Shown piece after piece: positions 36,162-44,496 of a DNA stretch of 48,635 bases. This stretch comes from Candidatus Coproplasma excrementavium. GTDB taxonomy: Bacteria > Bacillota > Clostridia > Christensenellales > Borkfalkiaceae. The notes beneath the pieces were generated by a model that saw only the letters and a program-made list of their open reading frames with translations, searched no databases and was not told the origin of the DNA. The DNA is taken from positions 1 to 48,635 of the forward strand of contig DVMA01000006.1 in assembly GCA_018715195.1 (NCBI GenBank), written 5' to 3'. The position numbers and the translations under genes were made by a program. Each line of letters begins with the position of its first letter. Position 1 is the first letter of the stretch.

Positions 36162-37948
36162 GACCTTCATTCAATTCGGGCGAAAAGCTTAAAAAGGGCG
36201 AATTCAGCAAGAACATAAAAAAGCTTGCAAAGTTCATGCGGCCGTACTATATACCCATAGCAGTCGCGCTGGTATTCACGATAGCGGCAACGGTGCTGTC
36301 CATATTTGCGCCGCAGATACTTTCCGACCTGGTTAACGTTATAACGGCAAGCTTTATGGCTCCGCCCATAAATATGAGCGAGCTTGCCCGCTTCGGCGTG
36401 ATACTTATAATCTTTTATGTATGCAACGCGGTATGCACATACGTATCGGGCTTTATAATGACGACCATTTCGCAGCGCATGTGCAAGAATCTGCGCACGC
36501 AGATTTCCGAAAAGATAAACAGAGTGCCGCTCAGGTACTTCGACTCCCACCCCTACGGCGACACGCTCTCGCGCGTTACCAACGATGTGGACACGATAGG
36601 CAACTCAATGCAGCAGGCGGTATCGATGGTGGTACAGTCGGCGTGCATGCTTACGGGCGTACTCATCGCAATGTTCGTGACGAGCTGGCAGCTTGCGCTC
36701 ACCGTACTCATAATAGTGCCCTTTATGGCCGTACTGCTGTTTGTGATAATGAAGTTTTCACAGCCTCAGTTCAGAAAGCAGCAGGACGAACTGGCCGTGC
36801 TCAACGGAAAGGTTGAAGAGAACTATTCGGGGCATATGGTGATAAAGGCGTTCAACGCCGAAGCGCTCACCAATGCCGACTTTGAATCTTCCAACGCAAG
36901 GCTGAAAAAGAGCACCTTCCTCTCGCAGGCGCTTTCGGGCATAATGATGCCTGCGATGACGTTCATTTCCTACTTTGCCTACGCCGCGGTATGCGTGGTT
37001 GCGGGCATAATGATTGCGGGAAAGGACGGCGGCGTGACTTACGGCACGCTTACGGCGTTCCTTGTATACGTAAACCTGTTCCAGAGTCCCCTTTCGCAGA
37101 TAGCGCAGGCGGCAAACGTACTTCAGAGCGCGGCGGCAGCCAGCGGGCGCGTGTTCGACTTCCTTGAAGAGAGCGAACTCAGCGACGAGAGCAACAAGCC
37201 ACGTCTGCTTGAAAACGGCGTGCGCGGCGAAGTGGAATTCAGACACGTACGCTTCGGCTACGACGAAGACAGAATTATAATACCCGACTTTTCGGCAAAA
37301 ATTCAACCCGGCTGGAAGGTGGCGATTGTCGGACCCACGGGCGCGGGCAAGACCACTATGGTAAACCTTCTGATGCGCTTTTACGAGGTAAACAGCGGCG
37401 ACATTTTAATTGACGGCGTATCGGTAAAGGATATGTCCCGCGAGGAAGTGCACGACCTGTTCGGAATGGTTCTGCAGGACACCTGGATGTTTGAAGGCAC
37501 CCTGCGCGAGAACATAGTATATTCCAAGACAGCCACCGAAGAACAACTTAAAAAGGTATGCGAGGCGGCGGGCATTTCGCACTACATTGCAACGCAACCT
37601 GGCGGACTGGACCACTACGTTGAAAACGGCGACGAAATTTCGGGCGGACAGAAACAGCTGATAACCATTGCAAGAGCCATGATTGAAAACGCGCCCATGC
37701 TTATACTGGACGAGGCGACCTCCAACGTGGATACGCGCACCGAGGAGCTAATTCAGACGGCTATGGATGCGCTCACCCGCGGCAGAACGAGCTTTGTTAT
37801 AGCTCACAGACTTTCCACCATAAAGAACGCCGACCTTATACTTGTAATGGACCACGGCAACATTGTGGAGCAGGGCACGCACGAACAGCTGATTGAAAAG
37901 GACGGTTTCTACGCAAAGTTATACAACTCGCAGTTTGCGGGAGAATAA
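36158..37948 (+). CDS. ABC exporter half-transporter (TMD-NBD), consensus-site subunit
   Basis: Walker A GPTGAGKTT, signature ISGGQKQLITIARA, canonical Walker B LILDE. There is a 4-nt overlap with the upstream gene. Confidence 0.9.
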   Translation: MRPSFNSGEKLKKGEFSKNIKKLAKFMRPYYIPIAVALVFTIAATVLSIFAPQILSDLVNVITASFMAPPINMSELARFGVILIIFYVCNAVCTYVSGFIMTTISQRMCKNLRTQISEKINRVPLRYFDSHPYGDTLSRVTNDVDTIGNSMQQAVSMVVQSACMLTGVLIAMFVTSWQLALTVLIIVPFMAVLLFVIMKFSQPQFRKQQDELAVLNGKVEENYSGHMVIKAFNAEALTNADFESSNARLKKSTFLSQALSGIMMPAMTFISYFAYAAVCVVAGIMIAGKDGGVTYGTLTAFLVYVNLFQSPLSQIAQAANVLQSAAAASGRVFDFLEESELSDESNKPRLLENGVRGEVEFRHVRFGYDEDRIIIPDFSAKIQPGWKVAIVGPTGAGKTTMVNLLMRFYEVNSGDILIDGVSVKDMSREEVHDLFGMVLQDTWMFEGTLRENIVYSKTATEEQLKKVCEAAGISHYIATQPGGLDHYVENGDEISGGQKQLITIARAMIENAPMLILDEATSNVDTRTEELIQTAMDALTRGRTSFVIAHRLSTIKNADLILVMDHGNIVEQGTHEQLIEKDGFYAKLYNSQFAGE

Positions 37949-38044
37949 AGTTTATGAGGCGTCCGCAGAGAGAGCGGGCATGCGGTAATTTTACCGCTGC
38001 GCGGGCGCAATTCATAATTTCCGTGCCTTATCGGTGCGGAAGGG

Positions 38045-38079
38045 GCCGCCGCGGCAAAAGCCGCGGCGGCTCTTTTTTT
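38045..38079 (+). terminator. Intrinsic terminator of the MarR/ABC operon
   Basis: Perfect 11-bp stem GCCGCCGCGGC / GCCGCGGCGGC with loop AAAA, followed by TCTTTTTTTA. Confidence 0.9.
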
Positions 38080-38298
38080 ATCGCTTTTCCACAGTTATTT
38101 TGTCGGATTTTGACAAATTAAAGAAAAAGCCGTCGGAAAAGCCGGGTAATTTATATGCGGCGCGGCGCACATATCCACAGTGCTCTCCGCCTTTTCCACC
38201 ATACGCCCGCCACCGCCGAAGGGGAGGAGGAGAGCCTATTTTGCCGCCAAAACACATATCTGCCGCGGCGCATATAGGGCTCAACCGCCGCAAACACG

Positions 38299-38362
38299 CA
38301 TATATATTTTTTTACATATATTTCTTAGCGCATATTATTTTTAACGCATATAAAAATTTGAT
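38299..38362. repeat. Four head-to-tail 16-bp AT-rich units starting with CATAT
   Basis: CATATATATTTTTTTA (38299), CATATATTTCTTAGCG (38315), CATATTATTTTTAACG (38331), CATATAAAAATTTGAT (38347). They form the core of a larger CATATG-rich gene-free array (see findings). Confidence 0.7.
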
Positions 38363-38778
38363 TTTTAATATATCCATTCATATGCGTGCCCCTCCACTTT
38401 TTACATATTGCATATGCATTAAACGGCAACCATAATTTTTTTCGCATATGCGTGTAAAAAACAGATTTTTTTACAATATGTGCACCGCCGTTTATATGCC
38501 CTCCTCCGCCGCCGATAATTTTGCCGCGACAGATGATATGCGCCGCAACAAATCTGCGGTAATTGCCACATATATGCCACCGTTTTGCCGCGACCCGTCA
38601 TATGCCGCGGGCAATATATGCGTACCTTTTAATATTGTATTTCACACATATCACCCGCCGATAATATCAGCCGCAAAACATATGCATTGCGGCGGCAAAA
38701 AGGCTTATTTTATGCAATAAGACGCACATTACGCATATGACAGAAAACACGAAAAAATTACATAATTTTTTAGGTAAT

Positions 38779-38813
38779 AAAAAAAACGGAGGAAGCGATT
38801 TTTTGCTCCTCCG
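38779..38813 (-). terminator. Intrinsic terminator of the 86-aa gene
   Basis: Minus strand reads CGGAGGAGC-AAAAAATC-GCTTCCTCCG (one bulged base) followed by TTTTTTTTATT. Confidence 0.8.
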
Positions 38814-38837
38814 CTGAAAAAAATTTCAATCAAAAAA

Positions 38838-39098
38838 TTAAAGAGCCGCCAGAAAACTTACGACCGATATGCACAGCGAAATGGCCGCAAGCGCCACGAA
38901 AAAAGTTACGCCCTTTCTGATTTTGTTGAGGTTGACGGAATTTTTAAGCTTTAAATATTCCTGCTCCTCTTCGGGCGAGAGAGTGGATTCCGCCACAATG
39001 GGAAACCCCTTCGCCCCGTCATTTTCGCCTGACGATTCCTTCAGTTCTTTAAGGCCCAGGTAAACTTTCATATCTTCAATTTCCTGTCTTTTATCCAT
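38838..39098 (-). CDS. 86-aa tail-anchored membrane protein, unknown function
   Basis: Acidic soluble N-terminal ~60 aa, then a single C-terminal TM (VTFFVALAAISLCISVVSFLAAL). It has a strong SD (GGGGGAGGA) plus its own promoter and terminator. Confidence 0.65.
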   Translation of the reverse strand: MDKRQEIEDMKVYLGLKELKESSGENDGAKGFPIVAESTLSPEEEQEYLKLKNSVNLNKIRKGVTFFVALAAISLCISVVSFLAAL

Positions 39099-39125
39099 AT
39101 TATCCTCCCCCGCGATGTATAAAAA

Positions 39126-39154
39126 ATTGTAACATAAAAAATTTTAAAAGTCAA
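39126..39154 (-). promoter_or_regulatory. SigA-type promoter TTGACT-17-TGtTACAAT of the 86-aa gene
   Basis: Minus strand has TTGACT (39149-39154), a 17-nt spacer, and TACAAT (39126-39131) with an extended -10 TG. Confidence 0.6.
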
Positions 39155-39187
39155 CCGCAGATAAAAAACAGAAGGGTAAAAATCCGC

Positions 39188-39223
39188 AAAAAAATTCCGC
39201 GCCGTAAAAGACGCGGATTTTTT
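39188..39223 (-). terminator. Weak bidirectional-looking terminator after the SpoIVA-like gene
   Basis: 6-bp stem TCCGCG / CGCGGA (39196-39201 and 39212-39217) with a 10-nt loop. There are T-runs on both strands. Confidence 0.4.
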
Positions 39224-39272
39224 ATAGACTATTTTTTATGTCGATTTCAGCTTATTTTTCGGCGGATATAAT

Positions 39273-40361
39273 TTACAGAATGATGCAGATTACGCCGCCC
39301 TTGCCCTCGTTTACCATTCGGGTCATCGCCTTGCGCAGTTTTGCGCGGGTATCTTCCTGAATTGCGCCGACCTTTGCACCCAGCCCCTCCTGAACCATGG
39401 CTTTCAGAGATTTGCCGAACACATCGGTATTCCACGTCTCTTCGGGGTTGGTTTCAAAGCCGCTCATCATGCTCTTTACAAGGCTTTCGCTCTGGGAGGC
39501 CTCGCCCATTATGGGGCACACCTCGCCCGAAACGTCCACCCTTATCACGTGATAAGTGGGCGCGGACGCGCGCAGTTTTATGCCTACGGAGCTGCCCTGC
39601 TTTACAACCGAGGGCTGTTCGTAGCTTAAATCTTCCTCGGCGGGGGATACTATTCCGTAACCGTTGACGCGCGCACATTCAAGCGCGTCGCGCACTTTCG
39701 CATATCCCTTTTTGGCCTCAGATGCCGAACGAACGTACTTCATCAGCGTATATTCGCCGTCTATTTTGTCGCCCGCAATTTCGGAGAGCATTTCAAAGAA
39801 TATTCCGTCGCGCTCGCGGCAGATGACCTTTGCCTCGGCCGCGGCATAGTTCACTTCCAGAGTGACTTCCGCCGACCAGTACTTCGTCTTTTCGGTAATA
39901 AGCGAAAGCGCCGAGGCGTCCTTTATTTTTTTTACATTCTTGCAGACCTCTGCCGTATGCGAAACGAGTTCTGCCACAGCGGAATTTTCCGCAGGCAGAA
40001 AGCGCATCCATTCGGGAATATCCACATTGACCGCACTGAGTGCAAATTCGCCCGAAAGGGCGGCGACAAGCGCGCCCAGGCGCTCATCCGTCCACTCACC
40101 GGGAGCTATGCAGGCGCAACCGTATTCCTTTCTTACGCCCTCGGCGTCCTCGGAAATTACTATAAAGGGCCTGCCCGCGGCCTCGGCAAGCACATCGCAG
40201 GAGGTATCCGCAAAAATTGCGGCGGCACTCTCCGCGCACAGCTCCTCCGCCGCCACGCCCGCATCCGCAAGGGCTGAAATAAGGCCGCCGTCGCCGCGCA
40301 CCCCGACCGCGCCGCCCTTTAAAAGCGCGGACAAATCTTTACAAATTTCACTGTCCGTCAT
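39273..40361 (-). CDS. SpoIVA homologue lacking a functional Walker A motif and much of the N-terminal ATPase core
   Basis: The C-terminus NEGKGGVICIIL matches my recalled B. subtilis SpoIVA NEGSGGLIAIIL. VNVDIPEWM matches VNVNLPSWV, and APTYHVIRVDVSGEVCPIMG matches APSIHMIKVDVESEFAPIIG. The P-loop position reads GVRGDGGL instead of GAVRTGKST. Start set at MTDSEICKDL (ATG 40359-40361, GGAGGA SD). Confidence 0.8.
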   Translation of the reverse strand: MTDSEICKDLSALLKGGAVGVRGDGGLISALADAGVAAEELCAESAAAIFADTSCDVLAEAAGRPFIVISEDAEGVRKEYGCACIAPGEWTDERLGALVAALSGEFALSAVNVDIPEWMRFLPAENSAVAELVSHTAEVCKNVKKIKDASALSLITEKTKYWSAEVTLEVNYAAAEAKVICRERDGIFFEMLSEIAGDKIDGEYTLMKYVRSASEAKKGYAKVRDALECARVNGYGIVSPAEEDLSYEQPSVVKQGSSVGIKLRASAPTYHVIRVDVSGEVCPIMGEASQSESLVKSMMSGFETNPEETWNTDVFGKSLKAMVQEGLGAKVGAIQEDTRAKLRKAMTRMVNEGKGGVICIIL

Positions 40362-40465
40362 ATCGTCCTCCGCATTTTGCCGCGCTTTGCTTTCAGTTTT
40401 GCCATCCGTGCCGCGGCTATACAATAATCTATTGCGCGGCGGAAATTTTTAGAACGGTTTTTGAA

Positions 40466-40496
40466 CATAAAAAAGGCAGGGGAGTGCCCTGCCTTT
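40466..40496 (-). terminator. Intrinsic terminator of the ATP-grasp gene
   Basis: Minus strand reads GGCAGGG-CACTC-CCCTGCC followed by TTTTTTATG. Confidence 0.85.
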
Positions 40497-40504
40497 GCAT
40501 ATTT

Positions 40505-41698
40505 TTAAATTTCACACGTGAGCAGCGCGTCCTTATAGAATGCGTTCATCTCCTCTCGCGTTTTGAAGTTTGCAAGGAAATAAGTGTTGCCCATGGCCGC
40601 GGCAAGGGCGTCGGGTATGCGGCCGATTTCCTTGATGTTTGCGGCATATATATGGGCCAATTGCTCATCCGAATACCTGAAGGGCTTGCCGTCGCGGCGG
40701 CCTGCATACGCACAGAAGAACCTTTCGCCCGTGGTTACAAGCGTGCTGTCATAGGCAATCATATCCGCCCATATCTTATACACGTCCGTGGAATTTGCGT
40801 AGTTCATCATATCGGGAGTAAAGCCGCCGCAGGGGCGCATATTTACTTCCAGCGCAATCACGTCGCCCTTTTTGCCGAGGAACTGGTCGGCAGTAAGGCG
40901 GAAAAATTCAAAGTGCACAAAGCGGCTCTTAACGCCGAAGGCCTTCACCGTGCGCCTGCCCGCGTCGCGCACGTCGGGGGCAAGCTCGTTTACTATATAA
41001 TATATGCTGTTGCCATTGGTGTTTACTATATCCATTATGGAAAGGGGCGTAACGTTGCCCGTTTCAAACACGGGTTCGCCGCGGCTGTTTATTATCGCAT
41101 CGTAGGAGTTGACTTCCGCCTGAACAAACTCCTCCATTATGTACTGCACGGGAGGCTTGGTATTGAGAAATTCCCTAAGCTCCTCGTCGGAGGAGAGCTT
41201 GTACGTATCATTTGCGCCCACGCCGTTATCAGGCTTTACTATTACTGGATAGCCGACGGTGGCTATGAATTCGCGGCAGGCCTCTTCCGAGGTGACCAGG
41301 CAGTAGCGCGCCGTGACAACGCCCGCCTTTTTGTAAAACTCCTTCATGCGGGACTTGCACTTTACCTTGGGCATATCTTCCGATTTGAAGCCCGTGCACA
41401 CGTTGAAGTCCGTGCGCAGGCGCGCGTCCAGCTCCAGCCAGTATTCGTTGTTGCTTTCAATGAAATCTATGCGGCCGTACTTAAATGCAAAGTACGCGGC
41501 GGCGCGGTAGACCTCCTCATAATTTTTCAGCGAATACACCCTGTAATATTCTGCAAGATTTTCCTTTACCTCGGGTGCGAGGTTTTCATACGGGCAGTCG
41601 CCTATGCCCAGCACGTTGAAGCCGTTTTTCTTCAGTTCAAGGCAGAACTTGTAGTAATTGGTCGGAAAATTCGGCGAAATAAATATAAAGTTTCTCAT
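40505..41698 (-). CDS. ATP-grasp family ligase of unknown substrate
   Basis: A pre-ATP-grasp N-domain is followed by KSRMKEFYKKAGV...GYPVIVKPDNGVGA, typical of carboxylate-amine ligases. The second ATG (41698) has correct SD spacing (GGAGGG-8-ATG). The track start is 41704. Confidence 0.85.
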   Translation of the reverse strand: MRNFIFISPNFPTNYYKFCLELKKNGFNVLGIGDCPYENLAPEVKENLAEYYRVYSLKNYEEVYRAAAYFAFKYGRIDFIESNNEYWLELDARLRTDFNVCTGFKSEDMPKVKCKSRMKEFYKKAGVVTARYCLVTSEEACREFIATVGYPVIVKPDNGVGANDTYKLSSDEELREFLNTKPPVQYIMEEFVQAEVNSYDAIINSRGEPVFETGNVTPLSIMDIVNTNGNSIYYIVNELAPDVRDAGRRTVKAFGVKSRFVHFEFFRLTADQFLGKKGDVIALEVNMRPCGGFTPDMMNYANSTDVYKIWADMIAYDSTLVTTGERFFCAYAGRRDGKPFRYSDEQLAHIYAANIKEIGRIPDALAAAMGNTYFLANFKTREEMNAFYKDALLTCEI

Positions 41699-41916
41699 TT
41701 TCATACCCTCCCCCGCTCGCCGCGGGAAATGGCGGCTTTCTGCCGCCTTATTACAAATATTTGCGACATATGTGCCGCTGTTTTTACTGCGGGCGACACA
41801 TATACGCTTTGAAAGTCACTTTATTTAAGTCGCCGCGCGCAAGCTGCGCAAGTAAAAGAATGCAAAATAAGTCCGACAGCATTGAATGGCACATATATGG
41901 CACCCAATGCCAAAAA

Positions 41917-42669
41917 CTAATCGCCGAGAATTTTAGGCAGAAAATATGCGGCCTGCGCAAACCACCAGTTCCAGTCGTGACGTACGTCCGTACCCCAGAA
42001 GTCCACCCAGGCGTTTATGCCCTTGCTCTTTAAAATTTCGGCAAACGCCGAAGTGCTTTCCAGCGTTTCGTTTTCCCACGCGCCGCGGCCTACGCACAGC
42101 ACTATGCGACCCTGATTGTACTTTTGTATATACGGATGGTCCTGCGGCATTCCCGCTATGAACTGCTGGGGCGAATTCATATAAGTCAAATCGTCGTGAT
42201 AGTCGCCGAAGCAGTATTCGTTTGTATAGAGTCCGCTGAGGCACAAGAGCGCGTCGAACACGTCGGGATAGCGGAAAAACAGCGTGGCGGCGTGCAGTGC
42301 GCCAAGGCTTAACCCCTCGGCCATGAAGCGTATTTCCCAGCCGTTGGCGCGGGTATTGATATCTGAAAAGAGGGGCACAGCCTCCTCCATTATGAACTTT
42401 ATCCAGCGTTCGTGCAGCTCTATGCGGGCGCGCGGGTCACCGTATCCCGTAAGCGTCTGGTTGTCCAGACTGTCTATGGTGAACACCTGAATACGGTCTT
42501 CCTCGATATAGGGCGCGTAGACATCGAGCATGTGCAGGTCCTCAAACTCGTAGAACCTGCCGCCCTGACAGGGTATTGCAAGCACGGGCTTGCCGCGCGT
42601 GCCGTACACCTTGTATTCCATATCTCTGCCGAGGTTGTGGCTGTAAATTTTTCCGTACGATATTCTCAT
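41917..42669 (-). CDS. Esterase-family alpha/beta hydrolase (PF00756-like)
   Basis: 250 aa with nucleophile elbow GLSLG and an esterase-D-like layout. The distal H (RHDWNWW) is a candidate triad His. Confidence 0.75.
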   Translation of the reverse strand: MRISYGKIYSHNLGRDMEYKVYGTRGKPVLAIPCQGGRFYEFEDLHMLDVYAPYIEEDRIQVFTIDSLDNQTLTGYGDPRARIELHERWIKFIMEEAVPLFSDINTRANGWEIRFMAEGLSLGALHAATLFFRYPDVFDALLCLSGLYTNEYCFGDYHDDLTYMNSPQQFIAGMPQDHPYIQKYNQGRIVLCVGRGAWENETLESTSAFAEILKSKGINAWVDFWGTDVRHDWNWWFAQAAYFLPKILGD

Positions 42670-42717
42670 AACTCTTTCCGCTTTTTACGTTTGCATGCTG
42701 CGCCGCAATAAAGTTTT

Positions 42718-43476
42718 TTATTCGGGGGCGTAGCCCAGCGCCGTCATGAATACTGGTATCTGCTGCTGCCACGAGGCCTCGCAATGGGTGCCGCCGGGCA
42801 CTATGCGGGAGGTGACGTAGACCCCCTTTTCAATCAGCTCTGAGGTGACGTCCGCGAAAAATTTGCGCTGGCCTTCGTGATTTTTGAATTCGCGGCTGCC
42901 GTAGTCCATATAAATCTGTGTGGGACGCCCGAATTTTGCACGAGTGAGGAAGGAAGGCGTGCCGCCGCCTACCCACAGACTGGGCGAAAGCGCGGCCCCG
43001 CGCGAGAACCAGCGGCCGTATACGGAGAGCGCGTAAAGCGTCATAAGTCCGCCCATTGAACTGCCGCCGATGGCTGTATTCAGTCTGTCGGAGAGGGTGA
43101 GAAAGTTGGCGTCTATATACGGTTTGAAAACTCCCACCAGCCAGTCCATATATTTTCTGCCGTTGCCGCGGATGAATGTGCCGTCGGGCAGGGTGAAGTT
43201 TATGGGGGAGTACTCCTCCAGTCTGCCGTTGCCGACGGTATTGCACTCCACGGCGGCAATTATGATTTTTGTGTTGGTGTAGTCGAGATATTCGCCCAGT
43301 CCCCAGCTCTTGCCGAAGGTGGCCTCCTCGTCATAGAAGAGGTTGTGTCCGTCGAACATGTACATTACGGGATAGCGGCGGTCCTCCTCGCCGTAGCCGA
43401 CGGGGAGATATACGTATGCCCTGCGAGTGCGCTCGCCCGTGAGCGTGGGGATAGTTATATCCCATTCTTTAACCAT
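42718..43476 (-). CDS. Esterase-family alpha/beta hydrolase (PF00756-like)
   Basis: N-terminal RRAYVYLPVGY...YPVMYMFDGHN signature of the putative esterase family. Nucleophile elbow is GGSSMGG. Confidence 0.8.
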   Translation of the reverse strand: MVKEWDITIPTLTGERTRRAYVYLPVGYGEEDRRYPVMYMFDGHNLFYDEEATFGKSWGLGEYLDYTNTKIIIAAVECNTVGNGRLEEYSPINFTLPDGTFIRGNGRKYMDWLVGVFKPYIDANFLTLSDRLNTAIGGSSMGGLMTLYALSVYGRWFSRGAALSPSLWVGGGTPSFLTRAKFGRPTQIYMDYGSREFKNHEGQRKFFADVTSELIEKGVYVTSRIVPGGTHCEASWQQQIPVFMTALGYAPE

Positions 43477-43557
43477 TTTAAAGCCTCTGAAATCTAGTGT
43501 AAGTTGCTTTTTTAAGTCGCGGCGGTCGCCATTGTCGGCGTCAAAGGCCCTGCAGTG

Positions 43558-44496
43558 TCAGATTGTATCTTCTGCAGAAATTCCCGCCTTGTCGGCGAGG
43601 AAGGCAAGCACGTCGCGGCAGGCGGCCTGCCTGCACGTATCGTTGAGTATTTCGTGGCGCGCGCCCGAGTACAGCTTTAACTGCACATCGGCAAGCCCCG
43701 CCTTTTTGTATTTATTATACACCTTTTCCACACCCTTGCCATAGTCGCCGACGGGGTCGTCCTCGCCCGATACTATCAAAAGGGGCAGGTATGCGGGAAC
43801 TTGCGCGAACGCACTCTCCGAGCACGCCTTTTTCATTATGCCGAACAGCCCCATGTATCCGCCGCACGTAAAGCCGAAACCGCACAGCTCGTCGGCCATG
43901 TAGGCGTCCACGTTGCCCTCGTCTGCGGAGAGCCAGTCGTACGCGGTGCGCGCGTGCGGAATGCGCTTGTTGTATGCGCCGAACGCAAGCGAGGCTATGA
44001 AGTTACTCTTTTTATCGTACCCGCGCAATCTGCCGACAGTTGCGGCGAGAGAGCGCGCGAAAGCAAGCAATGCGGGGCTTTTGTAGCCCGTACCCATTAT
44101 CACCGCGCCCGACAAATCTCCGCCGAAGCGGGCAATGTATTCGCGGCAGAAGAACGAACCCATGCTGTGGCCGAGCACGAACACGGGGACATCGGGCACA
44201 GACTCGGCTGCGCGCAGGGTAAGCGAGCGGATATCCTTTAAAATGAATTCCTCGCCGTCCTTGGGGAAGTGTCCCCTTTCGCTCTGCGCGGCCGTGCCGC
44301 CGTGACCGAGATGGTCCTCCGCGCACACCAGAAAGCCGAGCGCCGCGGCGCTTTCGGCAAACGGTGCGTAGCGTGCGCCGTACTCCTCCATTCCGTGAAT
44401 TATCTGCAGAATGGCGCGCGGCCTGCCCTGCGGTCTCCACAGTGTTGCGTGAACGGTATGCATTCCGTCCGAAGAAGGATAAAACAGGTCTTCCAT
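43558..44496 (-). CDS. Alpha/beta hydrolase, lysophospholipase/monoacylglycerol-lipase-like
   Basis: Oxyanion HG (IIHGMEEYGARY), nucleophile elbow GHSMGS, and distal D and H (GEDDPV, GARHEI). Confidence 0.85.
   Translation of the reverse strand: MEDLFYPSSDGMHTVHATLWRPQGRPRAILQIIHGMEEYGARYAPFAESAAALGFLVCAEDHLGHGGTAAQSERGHFPKDGEEFILKDIRSLTLRAAESVPDVPVFVLGHSMGSFFCREYIARFGGDLSGAVIMGTGYKSPALLAFARSLAATVGRLRGYDKKSNFIASLAFGAYNKRIPHARTAYDWLSADEGNVDAYMADELCGFGFTCGGYMGLFGIMKKACSESAFAQVPAYLPLLIVSGEDDPVGDYGKGVEKVYNKYKKAGLADVQLKLYSGARHEILNDTCRQAACRDVLAFLADKAGISAEDTI

Noticed and set aside
38299-38362. CRISPR array
   Set aside because: The repeats are only 16 bp, AT-rich, degenerate and directly abutting with no spacers. 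No cas genes are in the window.
38085-38400. Chromosomal replication origin (oriC), based on three DnaA-box-like 9-mers plus AT-rich 16-mers
   Set aside because: No dnaA, dnaN or rpmH is nearby. The flanking genes converge on the locus rather than diverge. Only one box is a perfect fit. The observation is kept as a finding, but I do not call it oriC.
38320-38730. dif/Xer recombination site, suggested by the convergent gene orientation and GCGCATA...TATGCGC-like words
   Set aside because: I found no 28-bp element with two ~11-bp arms separated by a 6-bp core resembling the Firmicute dif consensus (…TATAAT-TATATT-ATGT…). The palindromes here have no central spacer.
41762-41776. Sigma-54 type promoter (cGGCAC-N5-TCGCA, GG-N10-GC spacing) upstream of the ATP-grasp gene
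   Set aside because: Only about 9 of 12 consensus positions match. No enhancer-binding protein is nearby. The GGCACATATGT word belongs to the CATATG palindrome family that recurs all over the window, so a chance match is likely.
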